Assembly: GCA_937912225.1 (NCBI GenBank)
Contig: CALDOJ010000036.1
Coordinates: 31,191-95,190 of the forward strand
Reading direction: 5' to 3'
Source: Candidatus Woesearchaeota archaeon
GTDB lineage: Archaea > Nanobdellota > Nanobdellia > Woesearchaeales > GCA-2686295
Length of the DNA: 64,000 bases
Positions 1-9,310 of this stretch are shown in pieces; the stretch's first letter is position 1, and every line of letters begins with the position of its first letter. Both the position numbers and the translations under genes were made by a program. Under the pieces are notes generated by a model that did no database searches, was not told where the DNA came from, and saw only the letters and a list, made by a program, of their open reading frames with translations.

Positions 1-1
1 T

Positions 2-3000
2 GTTTACAATAATGGTAGTGGATTCAAAAATATTTATGATGCTGATTGTAATGTTAATGGAAAAACAAATATTTATTACAATTTAACTTTAGATGCAATA
101 GGTGGAAACCACACCATCAGAGTTGTCATTGCATATTTGGGTACGCCAGGAGTTACTTGTGGAGCTGATTCTTCAACAGCAAAATGGACTGATACTGATG
201 ATATGACTTTTTATGTTAATCCACCACCTGATAATACTGTCCCCAGTGTTTCAAATCCTACGCCTGCAAATGGAACATTATATGAATTTCAAAGCGGATT
301 AGAAATAGATCTTTGCGTTAATATAACTGATAATTATGAACTAGATTCTAAAAGAGTTAATGTTACATGGAGTATTAATAGCCAAATATTTTCGCTTAGC
401 GCGTCTGGAGGAACATCTTATTGTTATGCATTTACAAATACTTCTTCAATAACAACTTATAATGTAACTTTTTTAGTTAATGATAGTTCTAATAACCAGA
501 ATAATTCGATAAATACTACTTTCATTATCCAAAGAACAACTAATATCACTATTGAATATCCTCTTCAAGGAAATGTTTATCCATACGAACCTCTTCAAAT
601 GAACATAACTGTTAGCGAAGGTTATGACGTGGATAAAGCATTTTACTCGTTAAACTCTGGTGCAAATACATCTATAATGAAAGACAGATATAATGCATCA
701 TTTACAACTTCTGATTCAGAAGGTGTGATTGGAGAAAACACTAGTACTTACAATAATCTTTCAATGTCTTTTAGAACAATTGAAAATATGAGTGTTAGAC
801 AAGTCGGATTACAATTAAAAAGAAATGGTTCTGGAAATAATTTTACTCAAATTCAAATAAGAACTGACAATGCAGGTCTTCCTTCATCCACTATTCTTGC
901 TTATGGAAACATTTCAAATAATTCTGTGAGCATTAATTACACCATGGTTAATATTACTTTAAACACCACTTTAAATTTAACAAATAACACTGTTTATTGG
1001 TTATTTTTAACACCTAATAGTTCAATTACAGATTTTTATACTTGGGAATCAAACAATAATAATTCTTATGCAACCGGAAATTATAGTAACAATGCAAGTT
1101 TAGATTTATTATTTTCAGTTTATGACAGATATAAATTTAGAACTATTTTTTCAGCGCTTTCAAAAAGCAACCACCAAATAATTGCTTATGCAAATAGTAG
1201 CTCTGAAGATAGCATTTCATCACCTTCAGTTAATTTCTCGATTGATTCAACAGCACCAATCATTTCAATTATTAATTACACGCCTTCAACAGCATCAAGT
1301 ATTGATCCAAATATAACAATTAATTATACAATAAATGTTACTGACAATATTGAAGTAGACACAGTTATAATTCAATATTTAAAACAAGGTAATTCCGTTT
1401 TTACAAATAGTACAACTGATAATTCAACAGGATTATTCATAGGAAATATTACCCCCACTTCCGAAGGTATTTGGATAGTTAGAGTTAAAGCAATTGACAG
1501 TTCTAACAATTCTAGACTCTCTTCAAATACAACTTTAAATGTAACTTATGAATATAATTGGAATATAACTCCAGGTTCATTTAATGAAACATCTGCGTTT
1601 TTAGATACAAACATCACTGTTGGAAATATTACTTTCAATAACTCTGGAGATTTTCCAATCAGTTTTAATATTTCTAAAACTGATTCAACTATTCCTTTAA
1701 TGTTTTTTAATGGTTCGGAAACATTTTCTTTTGTTGTTAGTCCATCAAGTCTTTCAATAATTTCAGTTATTACGACCGGACAAAATCTTGAAACTGAACA
1801 ACCAATGAGTATTTTTGTAAATGCTATAAATAGCACTTCAGAGCCAAGAAATAAAACTATAAACTTTACATTAATTTCGTATATTTCAGGTCCTTATTTG
1901 ACTGCTGAAATAACTACTTATGATTCAAATGTTAATCAAGGTCAAAATAGAATTGAATTAACTGCAAGAGTTAAAAATGTTGGTAATGAAACTGCTTATA
2001 ATGTTTCTAGTTATTGGGCTATTCCTAGTGATTGGACTGCTAAAACAAATTTAACTCAAAATTATTCAACCTTATCAATTGGAGAGCAAACTTCATTTAC
2101 AAGATATGTTAGTGTTGATTCTGATGCGTCGATTGGTAATAAAACTATTAACATAACAATTGTTTCGTCAGCCACTCAGAACAATTCTGATTCCAGAGTT
2201 GTTTTAGTTAATGGAACTGTTGAAGCAGAAGTTGTTGTTGTTAATAGTGGCGGAGGTGGGGGTGGCACTCGAACAGTTTACATTGCTCCTAGCGAAACTA
2301 AAGTTAATATTAGTTTAGAGGATATAGTTGAAATAAACAGAGGAACAAATGCAACCATCAATGCAACAATAGAAAACGTTGGTGATTTAGATTTACAGAA
2401 TGGTAGTTTTACTTTGGAAAATTTTCCATTAATTCATTATAAAATAACTCCTAATTCATTTGTTGAATTGAATACTAGTTCAAATTTCTCAGTTTCAATT
2501 TTTATTCAAATACCTAATTATTTTAATGGCGGGAAAAAAGAAGTTAGTTTTAATCTTGAAACAACAACCAAAGGAACAGTTAAGGAATTCAATAAAACTT
2601 TTACAATCATTGTTATTACTGAAGATAAAAGTTTAGCATTAGATTGTTTTAAAGAAGCAGAGAATTTGCTTAATATTAGTAAAGAAGAAGGACTTATAAT
2701 TAAAAGTTTAGATAAAAAACTTGTTGATGCAAAAAATAATTATGAAGATAAAAATTTTGTAGATGCAAATAATTTTTGTAAACAAATTCTAAAAGAATTA
2801 CAATTAGTTAAAGATATTAAAGTTAAAATCGACTCAATTCATAGTCGATATCAAGGATTAGAAGCTAATATATTTGAACTTAATGAACTTATAAGCTTAA
2901 TGGAGATGGCTTTTTCTCAGGAAGATTTTGAGCTTGCTAGTAAAAGAGCTGAACAAGCAGAATTATTATTAAATTTAAAAGAAGAAGAACAAAAAAGAAC

Positions 3001-3538
3001 TGTTAAAGAAGTATTTGAACTTGTTAAACTGAACAAAAAAGTTGTTGGTAGCTTATTAGTAATGGTTATTATAATCATTATTTTTGCTAATTCGTCACGA
3101 AAGCTTTTATCTGTTACAAAAAAACTGAATGTTCTTTCTGAACAACAAAACATATCTCATTCGAAAATTGATGATTTGCAAAGAAAATATTTTGTAAATA
3201 AAAGCATTCCAAGAATTTTATATGATAAAGAAAAAGCTTATCATACTAATAATCTTGCTATTCTTGAAAATAAAAAAAGTGAATTGAAATTAAAACGTTT
3301 ACAAATAATAAGTGGTAAAGATTTAGAAGATATTAAAAGAATTCAAAAAGAAGTTGAAGAAAATAAAAAAGAATTTCAAAGAAAATATTATGTTGATAAA
3401 ACTATAAGTAAAAAAACTTTCAAAAGATTAAATACTACTTTTGATAAAATCATGGACGAGTTAAATAAGAAACTTGAAATGAAAACAAAGAAAAAAATTA
3501 ATTTTAAACTTAAAAGATTGTTACGAAAACACAAATGA
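2..3538 (+). CDS. Large surface glycoprotein-type protein (Ig/CARDB-like repeats, C-terminal TM anchor, coiled-coil cytoplasmic tail); 5' end off-window
   Basis: The frame of the called 137..3538 ORF stays open back to base 2, and the TTG-start product lacks a signal peptide, so the true start is upstream of the window. About 65 N-x-S/T sequons by hand count. CARDB-like strings VKNVGNETAYNV and IENVGDLDLQNG. G6 linker. TM VVGSLLVMVIIIIIF. Lys/Glu coiled-coil tail with two LQRKY[FY] motifs. Confidence 0.6.
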   Translation, partial: VYNNGSGFKNIYDADCNVNGKTNIYYNLTLDAIGGNHTIRVVIAYLGTPGVTCGADSSTAKWTDTDDMTFYVNPPPDNTVPSVSNPTPANGTLYEFQSGLEIDLCVNITDNYELDSKRVNVTWSINSQIFSLSASGGTSYCYAFTNTSSITTYNVTFLVNDSSNNQNNSINTTFIIQRTTNITIEYPLQGNVYPYEPLQMNITVSEGYDVDKAFYSLNSGANTSIMKDRYNASFTTSDSEGVIGENTSTYNNLSMSFRTIENMSVRQVGLQLKRNGSGNNFTQIQIRTDNAGLPSSTILAYGNISNNSVSINYTMVNITLNTTLNLTNNTVYWLFLTPNSSITDFYTWESNNNNSYATGNYSNNASLDLLFSVYDRYKFRTIFSALSKSNHQIIAYANSSSEDSISSPSVNFSIDSTAPIISIINYTPSTASSIDPNITINYTINVTDNIEVDTVIIQYLKQGNSVFTNSTTDNSTGLFIGNITPTSEGIWIVRVKAIDSSNNSRLSSNTTLNVTYEYNWNITPGSFNETSAFLDTNITVGNITFNNSGDFPISFNISKTDSTIPLMFFNGSETFSFVVSPSSLSIISVITTGQNLETEQPMSIFVNAINSTSEPRNKTINFTLISYISGPYLTAEITTYDSNVNQGQNRIELTARVKNVGNETAYNVSSYWAIPSDWTAKTNLTQNYSTLSIGEQTSFTRYVSVDSDASIGNKTINITIVSSATQNNSDSRVVLVNGTVEAEVVVVNSGGGGGGTRTVYIAPSETKVNISLEDIVEINRGTNATINATIENVGDLDLQNGSFTLENFPLIHYKITPNSFVELNTSSNFSVSIFIQIPNYFNGGKKEVSFNLETTTKGTVKEFNKTFTIIVITEDKSLALDCFKEAENLLNISKEEGLIIKSLDKKLVDAKNNYEDKNFVDANNFCKQILKELQLVKDIKVKIDSIHSRYQGLEANIFELNELISLMEMAFSQEDFELASKRAEQAELLLNLKEEEQKRTVKEVFELVKLNKKVVGSLLVMVIIIIIFANSSRKLLSVTKKLNVLSEQQNISHSKIDDLQRKYFVNKSIPRILYDKEKAYHTNNLAILENKKSELKLKRLQIISGKDLEDIKRIQKEVEENKKEFQRKYYVDKTISKKTFKRLNTTFDKIMDELNKKLEMKTKKKINFKLKRLLRKHK

Positions 3539-4881
3539 TATTTCAAAAAACTAAACTAATAGGATTAAGTATTATGATTGTTTTATTAATCTGTTCTGTA
3601 GAGGGAGCAACTGAACAAAGCATATTATCCAGTCTTTCTAAAATTGAAGTTTTAAAACAAGAAATGATTGATTCAGGTATAAATGTTCTTTTAATGAATG
3701 ATTTGATTGCAGAAGTTAATATTTATCTTGATGAGAATAGATTCGATGATGCAGAGACGGTTATTCAATCAATTTATCAAATTAAAGATTCTGCTTTTAA
3801 AACTCAAAATGAAATGTCTCGTGTTAATAAACTATACCTCGAATTGTTAGATAAAAATATTAGTTTAGTAACTGTTAGTAATGCTAAACTTGAATCGGAT
3901 CTTGTTTATGCTAAAAGAGAGTTTGAAAATGAAAATTATGCAGAATCATTAACATTATTAACAAAAGTTGAGTCTGTTCTCTTAGAGAATATAGGACTTA
4001 GATTTAATTCATTAAAAGAATTAATTTTGGAGCTAGAATTAAAGGCTGAAGAATTAAATACTCCTTCTTCACGTATTAAAACTTTAAAAGATTTGCTTGA
4101 TGAATCATTAGAGAAAGGTTTAATTGATGAATTGATTATTATTGAAGATGAACTTGATGAAATAAAAAATAGTTTTGAATTTATCAAAGAACTTAGAGCA
4201 GATTTTTTATTATTAGAACAATCCAATCTTTCAACAGAGAGATTATCCGATGGTTTACGTGATGCAGAGATTGACTTAAGTTTTTCTGATTATAAATCTG
4301 CTAATGCCAAGTTTGCTGAACTGAAGCTTTTAAAAGATAAAATTTTGACTGTGAAAAAAAATGTTGAAACTTTAGAAAATCTTTTTTTAGAAGAAGAATA
4401 TGGTGATTTAGAAATTGAAGCTCTTGAATCTAGTTTAAAAAAAGCTAATGAAGAATTATACCTCGGCAATTACGAATTAGCTGAAGAAATAGTTTTGCAG
4501 GTTAAAATTGATTATGAAAATTTGAAAGCAGATTCATTGGTTAAAACAGTTGGTGCAAGAAAAGAGCAACTTAGCTTTCAAGAGTTTATTAAAAAAAATC
4601 TTGGTTTAATAGTAATCATTCTAATTGTTGGTATTTTGGCAATGATTTTAACAAAGAAAACTTGGATGTTTGCTTTAAGGAAAAAATTACTTAGAAATCA
4701 CAATAAAGAACTTGACGTTAATAGGAAAATGGTTGATGACCTTCAAAGAAAATATTACATTAAAAGAACTATTTCTAGAGAAACTTATGATGAAAGTTTT
4801 GAATTGCTTAGTGGAAACATAATGGAATTAGATGATAAGATTTCTTTATTAAACAAAAAGATTAAAAAGGACAAGAAATAA
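3535..4881 (+). CDS. Secreted coiled-coil protein with C-terminal TM anchor and short cytoplasmic LQRKYY-motif tail
   Basis: ATGA overlap with the upstream gene. N-terminal signal-like LIGLSIMIVLLICSVEGA, then a long heptad-rich Leu/Glu/Lys region. TM LGLIVIILIVGILAMILT. Tail DDLQRKYYIKRTISRETYDE matches the tails of the upstream protein. Confidence 0.55.
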   Translation: MIFQKTKLIGLSIMIVLLICSVEGATEQSILSSLSKIEVLKQEMIDSGINVLLMNDLIAEVNIYLDENRFDDAETVIQSIYQIKDSAFKTQNEMSRVNKLYLELLDKNISLVTVSNAKLESDLVYAKREFENENYAESLTLLTKVESVLLENIGLRFNSLKELILELELKAEELNTPSSRIKTLKDLLDESLEKGLIDELIIIEDELDEIKNSFEFIKELRADFLLLEQSNLSTERLSDGLRDAEIDLSFSDYKSANAKFAELKLLKDKILTVKKNVETLENLFLEEEYGDLEIEALESSLKKANEELYLGNYELAEEIVLQVKIDYENLKADSLVKTVGARKEQLSFQEFIKKNLGLIVIILIVGILAMILTKKTWMFALRKKLLRNHNKELDVNRKMVDDLQRKYYIKRTISRETYDESFELLSGNIMELDDKISLLNKKIKKDKK

Positions 4882-4892
4882 GAAGTATAATC

Positions 4893-5420
4893 ATGGATTT
4901 ATATGAAGAAATAAAAAACAAACAAATCGTATTAGTTGTTCTTCCAAAAGCACAGTATATAAATAAGTTAATGGAAGTTGTTAAAGCAATTGATTCTGTT
5001 TCAAAAAAGATTTGTTATGTTGCTTTAAATAAGCCTTATAATAGCATTATGAGCATGCTTCAATCACATGAAATTCTTGTTGAGAAGTATTTTTTTATAG
5101 ATGTTCTTACTAGCTCTGTTAAGATTCCTGAACCTATCGAGTATTGCGAGTTTGTTCAATCTCCAAGTGCTTTAACTGATATAAGCTTGGGTTTTTCTAA
5201 AGCCATGCAAGAGAAAGGTTGTGATAATGCTATTTTTGATACTATTTCAACATTAATGATTTATCAAGACATTGGAGAAATTATTAAATTTACACAAAAC
5301 ATGATGACTAAGGCTCGAGTTAGCAATATGAAATCAGTTTATGTTACTCTAAAAGAAGACAGTGAAGAGTTAATTAAAGATTTGATGATGTTTGTTGATG
5401 GCGTTATTGAGTTAGAATAA
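4893..5420 (+). CDS. KaiC/RecA-fold-like small protein without a recognisable P-loop
   Basis: Layout resembles KaiC/RAD55-type signalling ATPase domains (IVLVVLP... CYVALNKPY ... FIDVLT ... AIFDTISTLM ... SVYVTL). No GxxxxGK[ST] is present. The family call is by eye only. Confidence 0.3.
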   Translation: MDLYEEIKNKQIVLVVLPKAQYINKLMEVVKAIDSVSKKICYVALNKPYNSIMSMLQSHEILVEKYFFIDVLTSSVKIPEPIEYCEFVQSPSALTDISLGFSKAMQEKGCDNAIFDTISTLMIYQDIGEIIKFTQNMMTKARVSNMKSVYVTLKEDSEELIKDLMMFVDGVIELE

Positions 5421-5462
5421 AAAATGAAAAAATTAATAAATGAATAAACAAAGGTGATACTT

Positions 5463-5831
5463 ATGGCTAAGAAAATTTTACTTGTGGATGACGAACCACA
5501 CATTATTGAACTTGAAAAAGCAATTCTTACACTTGAAGGTTTTGAAATTTTAACTGCTGAAGATGGAGCAACTGCTCTTGAAATATTAAAAACAGAAAAG
5601 CCTGACTTAGTTATTCTTGACATGATGATGCCTGGAATGAGTGGCAGGGAGACTTGTGACTCTATTCGAAAGAATCCTAAGACTAAAGATTTGAAGGTTA
5701 TCTTTGTGACTGTTGCTAAGTTTTCTGAGATGGGTCAAAAAAGTCTTGAAGAACTTGGAGTTTCAGATTATTTGACTAAACCATTTGATAATGATGAGTT
5801 AGTTGCAAGAGTTAAGAAAGCTTTAAAATAA
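5463..5831 (+). CDS. Stand-alone response regulator receiver (CheY-like)
   Basis: KILLVDDEP, phospho-acceptor context LVILDMMMPGMSG, FVTVAK, YLTKPF. The ATG at 5463 follows AAGGTGAT, so the GTG at 5454 called by the ORF track lies inside the SD. Confidence 0.9.
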   Translation: MAKKILLVDDEPHIIELEKAILTLEGFEILTAEDGATALEILKTEKPDLVILDMMMPGMSGRETCDSIRKNPKTKDLKVIFVTVAKFSEMGQKSLEELGVSDYLTKPFDNDELVARVKKALK

Positions 5832-5839
5832 ATCTAAAA

Positions 5840-8800
5840 TTAATTATTTTCTTTAAATCTATTAAATACTGTTAGTTCGTGTTCTCCTTCTGCTCTCTTT
5901 GTTGTTGGAAGTGTAAAATAAAATGTTGAACCTTTGTTTAGCTTACTTTCAACCCACATACTTCCGCCTAATACTTCAATTATTCCTTTTGAAATTGCAA
6001 GTCCTAAACCAGTTCCACCAACTTTTCTAGTATATGAAGAATCTGCTTGGTAGAATCGTTCAAAGATTTTCTTTAAGTTTTTCTTTTCAATTCCTGTTCC
6101 TTCATCTTTAACTGCAAATAATAATTCTTTATCTTGTTTTTTAACTGAGATAATTATTTTAGTGTTAGGTTTGTCAGAATATTTGACAGCATTGTTTACC
6201 AAATTTACAATTACTTGTGATAACCTGCTTTTATCAACAATTGCATCTTGGATTTTAGAATCAACATTCATTTCTAATTCGACCTGTTTTTTAGCGGCCA
6301 TCACATACAATTCATTAACAACATCTTTTACTAATTCTGATAAATTAATTTTTTCAAAAAAGAATTTCATTGTTCCAAGGTCCAGTCTTGATAAATCTAA
6401 AATATCATCAATTAATTGTTTTAATCTATCTGCATCTTTCATTACAATGCTTAAATAATAATCTCGTTGTGTTTTATTTTCTAAAATCTTCTTATTTTGT
6501 AAAAGTGTTGCAAACCCGTGAATTGATGCTAATGGAGTTTTTAATTCGTGAGCGGTAACTGAAATAAACTCGCTTTTGTATTTGTCCATTTTCTTCATTT
6601 CTTTATTTGCAGCATTTAGTTCTTTATTGATTCCAACTAATCTTTTTTCAGATATCTCAAGTTCTTCTTTTGAAAGACTAACATCTTCAAGAATGTTAAG
6701 AACTGCAGTTCTTGTTTTTTCAAGTTCTTCGACTTTGTTATTTAACTCTACAGTTTTATTTTCAACTAAAGTTTCTAGTTCTTCTTCATGTAACTGTAAT
6801 TCTTTCCGAGATTCTTCTAATTCTTTAGTTCTTTCTTTAACAGTTATTTCTAAGTTAGTAGTTATTTTTTGAAGTTCGTTTGTTTTTTCATCAACTTCTT
6901 TTCTAAGAGTGTTTGTTAATAAAAAATTAAAAACTATTCCTATTATTAAAATTGCAAACATAATTCCTGCAGTAGAAGTCCAAATACTATTTATAGTCTG
7001 TTCAACAAAAGAAACTACTTCTGCTTCATCCATTTTAGTTACAATTCCAACATCTAATTCGGGTATATAATTGGTTACAGCAATAACAGGTGTGTTTCGA
7101 TAATCATTAAAATCTAAAAACACATCTTGATTATTTAACAAAGCTTGTGTTATTGGAATTTCAGTATTTTCTTTTGGAATGATATCTTGAGCTTCTGCTT
7201 CTGTTTCAAACCTTCTTTTGGAAAAAAATTCTGCATCTCCATTTCTATTCCTAAATGCCACTAAACTTTCTCCAGTTTCTCCCATACCAATTTCGTTATT
7301 AAATTTTTCAACTAAGACTTCTGTGTTTAAATTTGCAACTAACACTCCTTCATTATAAGGTATTGAAATAGAAAAAAATATTTTTTCTTCAGTCTCAGAA
7401 TAATAAACTGATTTAAAATAAGTTTCAATTTTTCCAAATAGGAATGCCTCCTCAGTTGATTTATCTAAACCAATATTTTGTTCGTTTGAAGAAGCAATTA
7501 CTATTCCGTCAGAATTTAAAATAAATAACTCGTTAAATTCATTGATGTTATTAACAAGCTTTTTTTGTTCTTCGATTGAAAGTTCTTCATCAATTGCAAA
7601 AATTTTAAGTCTATATTCTTGCTCTTTAAGATATTCCTGAATAAACTTTGATTGTAAGTTAGCAATTGTAGATAATTGACTTGCTATTGTTAATGATCGT
7701 TCTTCTTTCATAGACTGAGTAACATTATATGTGTTAAAAAGAAATAATCCTAATATTAATAACAATGAAATACTAAGTAAAATTACAACAGTGTTTTTCT
7801 CAAAATGAATTAGTTTTAATTTATATAAAAAAAATACTATTATTAGAATTATGATACCTACACCTATAAACACAAACATTAACTTAGTTAAGGATAATTC
7901 TTCTGATTTAACTTCTTCCTTGAATTGAGATATGTCCTGAATAACAACAACTGTTCCAACTTTATTTCCTCCAGCATCATAAAGTGCAAAACCACCATCT
8001 ACAAACGTCTTTTCGCCTAATGAAAATTCATGAAACATGCTCCCTTCATCAGATGATAATTTAAAGTGATTCTCATTAAATGAAGCTTCATTAAAAAGCA
8101 AGTTTGTTTTATCTGTAGAATCAATCAAAAGAAAGTCGTCCATATCATAATAATTATTTCTCAGCCCTTTAAGTTCTCTTATAAAAGCCCATTCATGTTC
8201 ATCAATGAAATCTTTTTTAACAACTATTCCATAATCAAAACCTGTTTGTTGTTTCATAGCGTTAATGAACTTATCAATTTCTTGACCGAATTCAACATAA
8301 CCAATTAATTCACCATTATAATAATAAGGATGAACTACTCTTAATGCAAAGGCAGTCTTTCCAAGTTCTATTCCAGCACCCCAAGAATTTGATAATTTAG
8401 ATTGTTCAAATGTGATTCTTGTTATTTCATCACCAAAAATATCTTTATTATGAACTCGTAAAAGATTAGTTCCGTTTAAATTATAAAAATAAAAATGTGT
8501 TATATCATATACTTCCTTGTTTTTATTAAACATTTCAACAACTGAATTATACAATTTATCTCTATCTCCTTCTAAAAAGATTTTTTTATATTCTTCTTGT
8601 TCCATAAAATTAGTCATTAAATTTTTCAAAGTAGTTACATCTTTTTCATTTAAAACATCAAAAACTATTTTTGCGTCTTGAATATTTTTTAAAACTAATT
8701 TTTCAAGAGAGATTTCAGATAATAATTCTTCCTTAGAAGTAAGTGTGATTCCTGATTCATATTCATCCAAGTAAGTAGTTGCTGCAACATGTAATCCAAC

Positions 8801-9310
8801 ACCATCAGCTGTTTTAGCATTAACAAGAACTATATGCATATATTTCTGTTTAATACTTCCATCTGCTTCTTCCCAATCATAAATACCTTCAGCTTCAACC
8901 CCGCCTTCTGTTTTTGACATAATATTCCAAAAACCAGGAAGTTTATCTGCAAGATTATGAAGGTCTAAATTAACTATGCTTGGATTAACGTGAAATCTTG
9001 CAATTAAAGAATTGTAATCAGTTACTGCTGTATAACCAGATTTACCAACTTGTTGAACTGCAATTTCTTGAAAGTAAGAATCATTTTGAAGATCTAAAAC
9101 TGTTTTATCAGGATTTAATGTAATATAAATCTCGATTTGTTTTGCAACATCAATTGCTTTTTGTTTAATAAACAATTCCGCTTGTTTTAAGAATTCGTTA
9201 GTTGAAGAAGATTCATAATCTGCTACTGATGTAACAGTATTACTTTCAGCAACAACTAAAGTTGAAACTAATAAAAACAATACAAAAATTAATTTAAACA
9301 ATTTATTCAT
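5840..9310 (-). CDS. Membrane sensor histidine kinase with two extracytoplasmic sensor regions
   Basis: Signal/TM at the N-terminus, a TM pair near residue 480-530 and a third TM near 790. Long coiled coil with ELEKTRTAVLNILEDV. H-box SVTAHELKTPL, N-box LVNNAVKY, G-boxes VKDEGTGIE and GGTGLGLAISK. Confidence 0.9.
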   Translation of the reverse strand: MNKLFKLIFVLFLLVSTLVVAESNTVTSVADYESSSTNEFLKQAELFIKQKAIDVAKQIEIYITLNPDKTVLDLQNDSYFQEIAVQQVGKSGYTAVTDYNSLIARFHVNPSIVNLDLHNLADKLPGFWNIMSKTEGGVEAEGIYDWEEADGSIKQKYMHIVLVNAKTADGVGLHVAATTYLDEYESGITLTSKEELLSEISLEKLVLKNIQDAKIVFDVLNEKDVTTLKNLMTNFMEQEEYKKIFLEGDRDKLYNSVVEMFNKNKEVYDITHFYFYNLNGTNLLRVHNKDIFGDEITRITFEQSKLSNSWGAGIELGKTAFALRVVHPYYYNGELIGYVEFGQEIDKFINAMKQQTGFDYGIVVKKDFIDEHEWAFIRELKGLRNNYYDMDDFLLIDSTDKTNLLFNEASFNENHFKLSSDEGSMFHEFSLGEKTFVDGGFALYDAGGNKVGTVVVIQDISQFKEEVKSEELSLTKLMFVFIGVGIIILIIVFFLYKLKLIHFEKNTVVILLSISLLLILGLFLFNTYNVTQSMKEERSLTIASQLSTIANLQSKFIQEYLKEQEYRLKIFAIDEELSIEEQKKLVNNINEFNELFILNSDGIVIASSNEQNIGLDKSTEEAFLFGKIETYFKSVYYSETEEKIFFSISIPYNEGVLVANLNTEVLVEKFNNEIGMGETGESLVAFRNRNGDAEFFSKRRFETEAEAQDIIPKENTEIPITQALLNNQDVFLDFNDYRNTPVIAVTNYIPELDVGIVTKMDEAEVVSFVEQTINSIWTSTAGIMFAILIIGIVFNFLLTNTLRKEVDEKTNELQKITTNLEITVKERTKELEESRKELQLHEEELETLVENKTVELNNKVEELEKTRTAVLNILEDVSLSKEELEISEKRLVGINKELNAANKEMKKMDKYKSEFISVTAHELKTPLASIHGFATLLQNKKILENKTQRDYYLSIVMKDADRLKQLIDDILDLSRLDLGTMKFFFEKINLSELVKDVVNELYVMAAKKQVELEMNVDSKIQDAIVDKSRLSQVIVNLVNNAVKYSDKPNTKIIISVKKQDKELLFAVKDEGTGIEKKNLKKIFERFYQADSSYTRKVGGTGLGLAISKGIIEVLGGSMWVESKLNKGSTFYFTLPTTKRAEGEHELTVFNRFKENN

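Noticed and set aside
2245-2265. GGCGGAGGTGGGGGTGGC run (G6 in the protein) as a possible slippage or phase-variation tract
   Set aside because: It is not a homopolymer or perfect repeat at DNA level. It simply encodes a flexible glycine linker between ectodomain modules.
1546-4226. Minus-strand ORFs 1546..1836, 2917..3153 and 3936..4226
   Set aside because: They lie entirely inside much longer plus-strand genes with clear domain structure. Their products are low-complexity Ser/Phe/Ile-rich, typical of antisense shadows in AT-rich DNA.
5339-6872. ORFs 5339..5623 (-), 6162..6458, 6370..6558 and 6576..6872 (+)
   Set aside because: They are antisense to the KaiC-like/receiver genes and to the histidine kinase catalytic region, which has unmistakable H, N and G boxes. 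I treat them as shadow ORFs.
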